Shown: piece by piece, positions 9,765 to 18,168 of the stretch
How the letters are laid out: the number at the start of each line of letters is the position of its first letter
Position numbering within the stretch: position 1 is the first letter of the stretch
IMG/VR virus record: IMGVR_UViG_3300027659_000028
Length of the DNA stretch: 64,000 bases
Source: an uncultured virus (IMG/VR IMGVR_UViG_3300027659_000028)
Taxonomy: Duplodnaviria; Heunggongvirae; Uroviricota; Caudoviricetes
Reading direction: 5' to 3' (one strand)
The notes under the pieces: model-generated
Told to the model about the DNA's origin: nothing
The model's database searches: none
What the model saw: only the letters and a program-made list of their open reading frames with translations
Translations under genes and position numbers: made by a program

Positions 9765-11531
9765 TCAGCGCATCTTTCTTCCACAAACCGTCGCCAAACT
9801 CCGCTTGCCGTGGAACTTCTGCCACCCCTTGTCCATCATCTTGGCCACCTTCTTGACCTCCTCGCTTTTGAAATGACCGAGCGTGATTGCCTTCTCCACC
9901 AACAGGTTGAACGTGTCCGCAATGTCGGGAGATCGTTTGAGGCGTTTCTTCGCCTCCTCCTTGCTTTCCACCCGGACCGTCCGCCCCTCCTTCTCGTGAT
10001 ATTCGCGCTCAATGAGTTCGGCAATGAGCGCCTTGCTGATTCCGGTGATTTGTCCCGACCGGATGAATTCCTTCGGCTGAATCCACATCTCGCTGTTCTT
10101 GTTGTAATAGCTGCAATCCTCGTTGCGAAAAACAATCGTCCGGTCGCTCGCTTTGCCTTGGAAGTTGACCTTTTGCACCGCCGAAGACCACTCCATGTCC
10201 ACGACATGACCAAATGGTGTTCCCGCTCCCGTGTTGTCCATGATGGCACGCGTCGGCTTCACGTCCCACTCCTCGCACAGCTTCTTCCAACCCCTCACCG
10301 TCTGGTGCGTCAGCGCTACTGCCTTGTTTAAGACGTCGTCCTCGATGGTCTGGTAGCAGCACAAGTGCAGGTGGTCCCTGCCGTCCACCTTACCCAGCTT
10401 GCCAATCAACGCCTGACTACGGTCGCCGCCACGGCTGTGCGCCGGGTCAATCGCTCCCAGCGTGCTTGGCGTGTTGTCCCAGATTGGTTCTCGCTCCTCC
10501 ATCGCCCCGGCGTTCAAAAACTCCACCTCCGAGTAAATCGAATTGCTCGTTCCGTCCGGACACCAGAACGCCTTCACAAACCGGTAATAGCCCCGACTGG
10601 TTTTTCCTCCCCGTTTCTCGGCGATCCGGTCGCAATACGCTTGATCCGTCATCCACTTGATGTGGCCGAACAGCTCTGGATGGGTGATGCGCGGGCATTG
10701 CTCCGCGTTGAGACGGATGCAGGCACCATACTTGGTCGTCCATCTTTCGTCGTTCTCCGTCACGCTGCGCCAGCCGTCTTTCGGCTCGCACAAATCCCCG
10801 AACGGGTCGGTCAACCGGTCCGGGTTGGCCATCCCCACAAACATCAACCTTTCATTGGAAGTCATGTTCTCATACGCCGTCGTCAAAATCCCGTCGGTCA
10901 AGTGGTTAAACTCGTCCGCCGCGACAATCACGTTCGGGTTCTTGATTCCAAGCAACTCGTCTGACGCCCCGTCCGAAGCGCTCCCCGCCGGTTTCAACAA
11001 AACACCCGAATTCCGGTCGGTCCCCATGCTCTGGTTCAACCCCTTGATGTAGCCGTTGGAATCAATCAGCTTCCCCGGACACCCCTTCTTCTGCGCCTGC
11101 GCCCACAACTGAGTGATACTCTTCCAAATCCGCGTCCGCGCCGCATCCTTGGTCGTCGACATCACAATGAAGAACGTCTCCGTCGGACGCGCCCAATACT
11201 CCATGAGTCCGTAAAGCGCTACCCCGTGGCTCTTGCCCGACGACGACGCCCCGGCAATCCCCAGAAACCGCTTGTCCTGCCAGCCGCCAATCATTTCCCG
11301 CACGATCAACTCCAACCACGGCGTCCACAACACCCGGCAAATGCTGCCCTCGCAGTTGAATGCCAAGTCCACCGCCGCCTTGAAATACCGATACCGGTCA
11401 TCCGGTTCAATCACACTCCCGTCCCCTTTTTCCTTCCCTAGCGAGAACATCCACAGCCAGCACACCAGCTCGTCTGCTCCCACTGGAAACTCGCACCCGT
11501 CAATCACAATCCCTCGTTTTGCAGCACTCAT
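9765..11531 (-). CDS. terL: terminase large subunit
   Basis: 588 aa; Walker A GASSSGKS, Walker B VAADE, MANP coupling motif, RNase-H-like nuclease AIDPA and SPDIAD. Confidence 0.9.
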   Translation of the reverse strand: MSAAKRGIVIDGCEFPVGADELVCWLWMFSLGKEKGDGSVIEPDDRYRYFKAAVDLAFNCEGSICRVLWTPWLELIVREMIGGWQDKRFLGIAGASSSGKSHGVALYGLMEYWARPTETFFIVMSTTKDAARTRIWKSITQLWAQAQKKGCPGKLIDSNGYIKGLNQSMGTDRNSGVLLKPAGSASDGASDELLGIKNPNVIVAADEFNHLTDGILTTAYENMTSNERLMFVGMANPDRLTDPFGDLCEPKDGWRSVTENDERWTTKYGACIRLNAEQCPRITHPELFGHIKWMTDQAYCDRIAEKRGGKTSRGYYRFVKAFWCPDGTSNSIYSEVEFLNAGAMEEREPIWDNTPSTLGAIDPAHSRGGDRSQALIGKLGKVDGRDHLHLCCYQTIEDDVLNKAVALTHQTVRGWKKLCEEWDVKPTRAIMDNTGAGTPFGHVVDMEWSSAVQKVNFQGKASDRTIVFRNEDCSYYNKNSEMWIQPKEFIRSGQITGISKALIAELIEREYHEKEGRTVRVESKEEAKKRLKRSPDIADTFNLLVEKAITLGHFKSEEVKKVAKMMDKGWQKFHGKRSLATVCGRKMR

Positions 11532-11762
11532 AATGGTTTAGCCTGACTAAAGAGTCTTGGGCGTGTTTACGTTCATTTGCCACCCATAGTCAAGCGTTCT
11601 TGATTTTCTGCCTGATAAAACACCTTGACTGTCAGGCTAAGTTGATTATTTAGGTGATGTAAGCAGGGCTGTAAGTCATTGATCCCGCTTCAAAAACAGT
11701 CCTCTTTTTTTTCAAAGGACATGTTTTGTTTCGAAATTTGGAAGCACAAACAACCTGAAATC

Positions 11763-12773
11763 ATGTCAGAACAAAAACAAAACTGGGGATCAGCGCTACA
11801 CGAGCTGAGCATCATTGAGAATCAAAAAACGAAGTCAGAAGCTAACGCAGAAAGAAAGAAGCTGCTTCAAATCATTGATGATCAAAACAACCAGCTTGAA
11901 GTGGCTCTGGCCATTCAGGACGGCAAATCGGGCAAGGCATTTTCCATGCCCTCACTCAAGTCGAACATGGGCGAAGCGGTTGCTTTTGCCATTGCCTCTG
12001 ACTGGCACGTTGAGGAAACTGTTGATGCCAAGACGGTCAACAACCTCAACGAGTTCAACCTTGGGATTGCCGAGAAACGGATCGAGCTCTTCTTCAAGCG
12101 GGTGGTGAAGATGACCGAAATCCAGCGTCAAGGAACTAAGGTGGAGACGCTGGTCCTTGGGTTGCTTGGAGACTTGATGACCGGATACATTCACGAGGAG
12201 CTTCGCGAGAGCAACGGGCTCTCTCCCACGGAGACCGTCTTGTGGTTGTCTGACCGGGTGGGCTCTGGCCTCAAGCTGCTCGAAAAAAACTTCGGTCGGA
12301 TCATCATCCCCTGCTGCTACGGCAACCATGGCAGGACCACTTTCAAATCCCGCCACGGCACCGGAGCCAAAAACTCCTACGAGTGGATGCTTTACCACAT
12401 CATCAAGAAGCAGTTTCCGCAGCACGAGTGGCAAATCTCCGACGGCTACCACAACTACCTTGAGGTGGACGGTCGGGTCATCCGCTTCCATCACGGAGAC
12501 GACTTGAAATACCAAGGCGGTGTGGGTGGGCTCACCATCCCCGTCGAGAAAGCCATCGCCCAATGGAACAAGGCCATCCCGGCCAACCTTGATATTTTCG
12601 GTCATTGGCACCAATCCCAGCAAAACCCAAAGTGGATTAGCAACGCCTCGCTGATCGGCCACAATGCTTACGCCATTGCCATTAAAGCGGGCATGGAACC
12701 CCCCACCCAAACCTTCTTCCTCATGGACAAGAAGCGAGGACGCACAATCACAGCCCCCATCTTCCTCGATTGA
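11763..12773 (+). CDS. calcineurin-like metallophosphoesterase
   Basis: motifs SDWH, GD, GNHG, HHGD, GHWH in canonical order; N-terminal coiled coil. Confidence 0.88.
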   Translation: MSEQKQNWGSALHELSIIENQKTKSEANAERKKLLQIIDDQNNQLEVALAIQDGKSGKAFSMPSLKSNMGEAVAFAIASDWHVEETVDAKTVNNLNEFNLGIAEKRIELFFKRVVKMTEIQRQGTKVETLVLGLLGDLMTGYIHEELRESNGLSPTETVLWLSDRVGSGLKLLEKNFGRIIIPCCYGNHGRTTFKSRHGTGAKNSYEWMLYHIIKKQFPQHEWQISDGYHNYLEVDGRVIRFHHGDDLKYQGGVGGLTIPVEKAIAQWNKAIPANLDIFGHWHQSQQNPKWISNASLIGHNAYAIAIKAGMEPPTQTFFLMDKKRGRTITAPIFLD

Positions 12774-12913
12774 TGGACATCTCCCTGACCATCATCCGAA
12801 TCCTGCTCACGCCGCTGGCCCTCCTCGGGCTCTTGTGCATCTGGATTTATGTGCTGCTCACCATGGGATACAGGCAAGCCAATGGAACCATCTGGAACAT
12901 CCTCGAACTATGA
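12773..12913 (+). CDS. small membrane protein (46 aa)
   Basis: MDISLTIIRILLTPLALLGLLCIWIYVLL...; TGATG and ATGA coupling to both neighbours. Confidence 0.6.
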   Translation: MDISLTIIRILLTPLALLGLLCIWIYVLLTMGYRQANGTIWNILEL

Positions 12914-13266
12914 TCAAAATCGCCTACATCGCCGGTCCCATGACCGGAGAGCTTTGCAACTTCCCTGCTTTTGACGAAGCCAGAGACACCCTCACCGAGA
13001 TTGGCTACAAGGTCATCTCGCCCGCCGACCTCGACCGCAAGGCTGGGTTCAACCCGCAATCCTCCACCGTGGACAAGAAGTTTCTTGATCAAGCCATGGC
13101 ACGCGACCTCGTCGCCTTACAGCTCGTCGACACCTTGTTCATGCTACCCGGCTGGAAGAAATCCACCGGAGCCACCGCCGAATACCACCTCGCACGATGG
13201 AGACACATCCCCATCTTCGAATACCCGTCCTTTAAACAAATCTCCAAACAACACCACACCTCATGA
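12910..13266 (+). CDS. DUF4406-family protein (nucleoside 2-deoxyribosyltransferase-like fold)
   Basis: YIAGPMTG...NFPAF...SPA...MLPGWKKSTGATAEY signature. Confidence 0.82.
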   Translation: MIKIAYIAGPMTGELCNFPAFDEARDTLTEIGYKVISPADLDRKAGFNPQSSTVDKKFLDQAMARDLVALQLVDTLFMLPGWKKSTGATAEYHLARWRHIPIFEYPSFKQISKQHHTS

Positions 13267-13652
13267 AAAACAATTGGATCAAAACCGTCGCTACCATCAA
13301 CCGAGAGAAATACACCATTCCTGATGGCTGGGACACCCGCGAGCAAGTGGCCGAATCCCTCGAATGCTCCCCAGACCGCGTCTCCGACATCCTCAAACAC
13401 GGCATCCAATCAGGACAAATCGAACGCCAAGACTTCCCTGTCTGGGACGACAACCGACGCCTCACCACCCGCGTCGTCTGCTACCGCATCAACTCCAAAC
13501 CCTCCCCGGACAAACCCGCCTTCATCCAATCCTGCGAACAGGAACGAGTGCTCCGCGCCCTCAAACGAAACGCCAACCTCTCCGACAACGCCATCGCCAA
13601 AAACTGCCGGACCAAAATCGGCATCGTCAAACAACTCCGCGCTCAGCTCTAA
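13263..13652 (+). CDS. hypothetical protein, HTH-like
   Basis: 129 aa; TREQVAESLECSPDRV and LSDNAIAKNC HTH-like segments; ATGA-coupled. Confidence 0.6.
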   Translation: MKNNWIKTVATINREKYTIPDGWDTREQVAESLECSPDRVSDILKHGIQSGQIERQDFPVWDDNRRLTTRVVCYRINSKPSPDKPAFIQSCEQERVLRALKRNANLSDNAIAKNCRTKIGIVKQLRAQL

Positions 13653-13699
13653 AACCGCACCCACCTAAAGAGACAGGGCCAACACAGCCGCGCAACGAG

Positions 13700-13732
13700 A
13701 AAACGGAAGGGGGAAACCTCTTCCGTTTTTTT
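13700..13732. terminator. bidirectional intrinsic terminator
   Basis: aaaacggaagggg-gaaa-cctcttccgttttttt between convergent genes. Confidence 0.85.
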
Positions 13733-13767
13733 GTCCCCACATCTACGCCTGAAAAATTTTTTTTTAG

Positions 13768-13803
13768 CCCGTCAATCACCGGACTCCGCTTGATAACACT
13801 CAT
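13768..13803 (-). pseudogene. vestigial copy of the terL 5' end
   Basis: encodes MSVIKRSPVIDG versus TerL MSAAKRGIVIDG; same palindrome 5 nt upstream. Confidence 0.7.
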
Positions 13804-13824
13804 ATTGTTTTAGCCTGACTAAAT

Positions 13825-14478
13825 TCACTGCCGACGTGTCAAATTCCTCACCAACCCCATCGTCCTTGCTTCCAAGTCCCAGTCCGGGTCTAAAGCTCTC
13901 CTTGCCGCTTCCAGTTCTCCTCTACGCGCAGCATCAGTAATTTGAACGTCTGGCACATCTTGATTTGCAAACAACTCACCCCTAACCCGCTTTTCCTCCT
14001 TTGCTATCGCCTCGTTCAATGGAGCCATATGCTCAGCCTCAAACGCTGCCTTCCCCTTCGACTCACGCGCAGCCCCATACTTCGACAACGCGTCCGCAGG
14101 ACTCACCAGCAAGTTCGCCGCCTGATACGCCAACGGCTCCTCCGCCAACACACGCCCAGCCTCCGAATGTCCTTCCCGCGCTCCCTCCTTCCCAATCAAA
14201 TAAGACCCTTTCCCAAGCTCAATCGCCGCTCCAAGCATCGGACTACTAAGCCCTCCAGCGAACTTCTGGACAAGCTCCTGAGACGCACCAGCTGCCGCCG
14301 CCCGCTTTGCAGCTCCCGGAACCGTTCCAATTTGAGCCGATCTCCGCGCCTTCTCAATTCCTATCAGACCTTTTACCACCTTGTGCGGGTTGTCTATCGC
14401 CCAGTCTCCAGCCAATCCTAATGCCAACTCCTCCTCATAACTCATCGACTTCTTTCCTTCACTTCGAGGCGCACTCAT
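13825..14478 (-). CDS. hypothetical protein (Ala/Gly/Glu-rich)
   Basis: 217 aa ORF co-oriented with the virion module. Confidence 0.65.
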   Translation of the reverse strand: MSAPRSEGKKSMSYEEELALGLAGDWAIDNPHKVVKGLIGIEKARRSAQIGTVPGAAKRAAAAGASQELVQKFAGGLSSPMLGAAIELGKGSYLIGKEGAREGHSEAGRVLAEEPLAYQAANLLVSPADALSKYGAARESKGKAAFEAEHMAPLNEAIAKEEKRVRGELFANQDVPDVQITDAARRGELEAARRALDPDWDLEARTMGLVRNLTRRQ

Positions 14479-14861
14479 ACCAACCTCTTACATGCAACAC
14501 ACCCTCACTGTCAAGCCTTCCTTCCATCACACCCTCTTTAGCCGGGCTAAAATTTTTTTATTTTTCTGGATGGGTTTTTTCATAAGTGACTGAAAATTAA
14601 TGTTTTTTTCACGATGAACCCATACTGTCCTTCTCTTCTGTGTGTAGCGATGGGGTGTTGAGGTGACACCCGTGGCCCCCTCTGAGGCTCTGTGAGCGTC
14701 AGTGAGGAGCCTACGCTACAGCCTGTGCCTTGCACCCTGTGCCTGCACTGCACACCCCTGTGTGCCACCCACTCTCAGTAGCCACTGCATCACGTTGATG
14801 TAGCCTACCACCTGAGCCAACACCAGCAGCGTAGCTCACTGCACTATAGAGACACACACAT

Positions 14862-15065
14862 ATGAAACCATACGTCAGCACCATGACCTGCCCACCAATG
14901 TCCGGTTTCCGGGTCTGGTTCGACAATTGCGGAGATGAGCCCCATTTCTACCCAGAAGTGGATGATGATATGATGGCCTCGTTCAGCGAGGTTCGTCCTT
15001 GGACAGCCGAGGATGACGAAGAACTCCGCCACTGGCTTGAATTTCAAGCGGAGTGGATCATCTAA
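14862..15065 (+). CDS. hypothetical acidic protein
   Basis: 67 aa, C/A-rich start context, followed by a strong hairpin. Confidence 0.55.
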   Translation: MKPYVSTMTCPPMSGFRVWFDNCGDEPHFYPEVDDDMMASFSEVRPWTAEDDEELRHWLEFQAEWII

Positions 15066-15174
15066 ATCCCCCGCTCGGGCGTCCCCTGCACTTCGGTGCG
15101 GGGGACCAAGCCTGAGCTCTCTAGGGATTCTAGAGACACGCACCAGCCGTGAACCAACGCTGGCTTTTGAAGAT

Positions 15175-15312
15175 ATGAAGACCAACCTCCTCCTCGCCTT
15201 GGCCCTTGTGGCTCTCGCCTTCGTCTCCTCCCTGTTCGGGGGGTGTGACGACGGGAAAGTCCGCGTCTTGAACGAGGACACACGTCTCCCACACGGTGTT
15301 CGCGGACGTTAA
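15175..15312 (+). CDS. small putative lipoprotein
   Basis: MKTNLLLALALVALAFVSSLFGG-C: signal peptide with lipobox-like Cys. Confidence 0.55.
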   Translation: MKTNLLLALALVALAFVSSLFGGCDDGKVRVLNEDTRLPHGVRGR

Positions 15313-15380
15313 ATCAGCATGGGTCTTTAGCCCGACTAAAGCGCGTGGTTCACGTCACGAACCAACCAACAAATACGACC

Positions 15381-15590
15381 ATGAACACGATACTAAGCAA
15401 CAAGTCGGGACTGTCGGACAAGACAGTCATCACCCTGATTGACCGAACACTGGGAGAACACGACATCGGTGTCTGGCACTTCCACATGTCGGAGCACACG
15501 GACCACCGGGATGAGACGTTCCCGTGCATCAACGACTTCGGTTGGCCATTGGACAACTACAACGTCGTCGTTGAGAACAAGGGTATTTAG
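15381..15590 (+). CDS. hypothetical protein
   Basis: MNTILSNKSG...; TAG stop lies within the palindrome at 15586. Confidence 0.55.
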   Translation: MNTILSNKSGLSDKTVITLIDRTLGEHDIGVWHFHMSEHTDHRDETFPCINDFGWPLDNYNVVVENKGI

Positions 15591-15619
15591 CCTGACTAAA
15601 GAGATAAACGTCGAGAGAC

Positions 15620-15702
15620 GTCAACACAGCCATCCATTGTGGATGCCGGTCCCAAGCCCGGAAGCCTGAAGGTCAAACGACCGTTGGGTGATGTGGAGGG
15701 TA
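15620..15702 (+). ncRNA. twister ribozyme (P1 degenerate)
   Basis: C|AA-CACA(P2)-GC-P3(catcca/tggatg)-CCGG-UCCCAAGC-CCGG-P5 hairpin-UGUG(P2')-GAGGG; matches the twister core and both pseudoknots; predicted cleavage 15622/15623. Confidence 0.75.
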
Positions 15703-15714
15703 GAATACACGACC

Positions 15715-16092
15715 ATGAAGACGACTATGAACCAACTCTGCGATCAACTCATTGCAGACATGACCAAGGAACAACAAGACACCGTGTTCCTCACAGGACA
15801 AGAGTCCTTCGACACCATCAAGGACGCCAAGACACTGGCGGCTGAACGTGGGCAGTTTAACGGCAAGGCAACCATTGCGTGGAATCGGCACGGTGAGTGG
15901 CTGGTGTTCTCGTTCAAGAAGGACTTGAGCACTGATTCCGGTTGGGTTGTCACCGCTCGCTGGTTGGCCGAGAAGCCCGCTTGGGTGGCGGTGCGGCCAA
16001 AGCCCGAGATGACCACCATCCGCGTTCCACGGTCGCTCGCCTACCAAGTAGAGCAATACATCAAGACGCTGTCTCAGGAGGTGGCACAATGA
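15715..16092 (+). CDS. hypothetical protein with C-terminal ribbon-helix-helix-like motif
   Basis: ends MTTIRVPRSLAYQVEQYIKTL; alternative start at 15727. Confidence 0.6.
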   Translation: MKTTMNQLCDQLIADMTKEQQDTVFLTGQESFDTIKDAKTLAAERGQFNGKATIAWNRHGEWLVFSFKKDLSTDSGWVVTARWLAEKPAWVAVRPKPEMTTIRVPRSLAYQVEQYIKTLSQEVAQ

Positions 16093-16220
16093 ACGTCGAG
16101 GACGACGGCTGGGTCAACCACTGCCTAAGCCTCATCTACGCCCGCGCACACCGAGACAGGGAGGAGACGTTGGAAGCCCAGCTTGTCGCCCATTTGCGAC
16201 CGGTTCGAGAGGAAGACTGA
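16089..16220 (+). CDS. small hypothetical protein (43 aa)
   Basis: ATGA-coupled to previous ORF; stop 5 nt before the hammerhead. Confidence 0.5.
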   Translation: MNVEDDGWVNHCLSLIYARAHRDREETLEAQLVAHLRPVREED

Positions 16221-16225
16221 AACAA

Positions 16226-16277
16226 GGACGAAACGCCGCGAGGCGTCCACCGCTAGGAAGGCGGTGCTGATGAGTCC
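16226..16277 (+). ncRNA. hammerhead ribozyme, type II
   Basis: GGAC-GAAA-CGCC-gcga-GGCG-UC|-CACCGC-uaggaag-GCGGUG-CUGAUGA-GUCC: complete core and three stems; cleavage after C16247. Confidence 0.92.
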
Positions 16278-16752
16278 CATCTGGTGCGGAGGTCGAGAAC
16301 TAGGTTCTCCCTCGCTGTGGCGGACTCTTGGGGAGGAGGCCCTAAATCCCTCCTCATTCCATCCATTTCCGCCCATTCTTTATTCCGTCGTCAATCGTCT
16401 GGGGAGGCGATGGAGGAGGGCTTTGTGTCTTTATTGCTGGTCGGCTGGGGATGATGGATCTAATTCATTTCAGCCGTAACTCACTCATACTAAGCATTAT
16501 CCTAATCCTTAGTAAACTACTCAAGTTACTTAGCTCTTGACCCTGTCAGCATTCTAACCTTTATAATCCTCCGCAGAGCGGCTTGATGCGTGTGAATCTC
16601 GCAATTCGTGTCGCCAATTCAACACGCGAGGAAGGCAAAACGGTGGGTTTGAGAGTGTGATCCCCCTTTTTGATACGATTTGGGTCTGACGGTGGGTGTT
16701 GGAAGAGGGTTGTGTTTAGCCGGGCTAAAGAGGAGCTGCCGCTCCATGTGGA

Positions 16753-17280
16753 TTAGACGTCGATGGTTTTGCGGGGTTGGAAGCCCTGAGTAGCGAGGAG
16801 TTGGATTGATACGTTGGATTGGCCTGATTGAGAGGCGTCCGGGTCGATGGCTTTGCTGAGGAGTTTATCGGCGGCGGCGGCTTCGGCGAAGGATTGCGGG
16901 ACGGGGGAGAGGGCGAAGAAACGTTGGAGGGCCTTGCTGGTTCCTTGGTAAAGGGCTTCGCGTTGTCCCTCTTTTCGGGAGGCCCAGAGGGCAGCTACGG
17001 CGGCAGCGGGATCGGATGTGTCTTGGTCGCCACGAGCGAGGGCATTTGCCACCCTTGTGGGAGTGGCCCAGCGTTCGTCGGAAGATCGTTCGTGAATGGT
17101 TCCTTTGGCGATGTTGAATTGCTTGGCGACATCGCGGGCGAGGGCTCCGGCTTCGATGAGGGAGCGGATGATGAGCCAGTCCTCGTCACTCACCTTCTTG
17201 TGAGGGCAGCGGGCCATGAGGACGGGCTTGAGAGGCACCGCTTGGGTGCTTGAATCACTTTCAGGGATGGAGTTGGACAT
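16753..17280 (-). CDS. terminase small subunit (probable)
   Basis: N-terminal HTH (ARDVAKQFNIAKGTIHERSSDERW), helical core, C-terminal NVSIQLL...TIDV tail; upstream of terL on the same strand. Confidence 0.6.
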   Translation of the reverse strand: MSNSIPESDSSTQAVPLKPVLMARCPHKKVSDEDWLIIRSLIEAGALARDVAKQFNIAKGTIHERSSDERWATPTRVANALARGDQDTSDPAAAVAALWASRKEGQREALYQGTSKALQRFFALSPVPQSFAEAAAADKLLSKAIDPDASQSGQSNVSIQLLATQGFQPRKTIDV

Positions 17281-17363
17281 GACTCTCCCTAAACACAATT
17301 TGCCGAGTTGGCAAGCACGGACACTGACCCGTTTTAGTCAGGCTAAAGAGAAAGACACACGTT

Positions 17364-17855
17364 ATGACACCAAACCAAAAGAAACTGAAGAAAGGTCTCC
17401 GTTGCCGGAAAGCAAACAGCGGAATGAATTATGTCAAACAGGTGCCCAAATGGGTCAATACCTCGCAAGAGATCAACCTACAAATCAACCTGACACTGCA
17501 ATCCTACGAATTGCCCAAAGACGTCACGATTGAAGACTTAGCGACCGCGCTGGCCCGTCACCTCAAAGATGACTCCAGTCACCATTACAACACGGCCATC
17601 GCTGCGCTGATTGGCCTTATGCCAGATCTGAATTACTTCGCGGAAAGAATCATTCAGCAAAAGATGGTCGAACGCTACCCCACCAAGATTCAACGCTCAT
17701 TGTTCAAGCAGGAGCCAAGCGGCGGTGGATGGACAAGCTCAATGGACTACAACCACCGCATTGCCGAAATGCGCGTGAAAAACTCCCCCGTTGTGTCGCG
17801 CATCAGCCTTCAGAACGTAATCGTCACACCAACCAACGAAACCAATGAGTCCTAG
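17364..17855 (+). CDS. hypothetical protein
   Basis: 163 aa, first ORF of the plus-strand arm. Confidence 0.5.
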   Translation: MTPNQKKLKKGLRCRKANSGMNYVKQVPKWVNTSQEINLQINLTLQSYELPKDVTIEDLATALARHLKDDSSHHYNTAIAALIGLMPDLNYFAERIIQQKMVERYPTKIQRSLFKQEPSGGGWTSSMDYNHRIAEMRVKNSPVVSRISLQNVIVTPTNETNES

Positions 17856-18168
17856 AAACTACCAACTGGTCAAAACAAACCACCTTACCATGGTGAAAGA
17901 AGCGCGTGCAGAGCTTGCTAAAGAACCACGCAATGCCGTCTTACGGCGCAAGTTAGCAAAGGAGTTGTGGCCTCTGCGGGCACTCCGCAACCACCACGAC
18001 CTGAATCAATACCTTTAGCCTGACTAAAGCCTGAACAGCAGAGCCCGCCAACCTTCACCGGTTGTCGGGCTTTGTCATTCAGGACTCCGGCCCGGATCGG
18101 CCAGCACGTTGCTGAGCCCTTCGGGCGGGAGACTGAAACGCTGGACAACCCAGCTAGAGACCAACGAC

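Noticed and set aside
9746..14514. TTGACA/TTGACT hexamers upstream of minus-strand genes as sigma-70 promoters
   Set aside because: No convincing -10 element at 16-18 bp, so not called.
15281..15365. Pistol ribozyme-like segment (GACGUUAAAU...AAGCG)
   Set aside because: Required pseudoknot pairing is absent; the resemblance comes from the palindrome.
18095..18146. Second hammerhead (CUGA...GAAAC)
   Set aside because: Lacks the CUGANGA core and proper stem II geometry.
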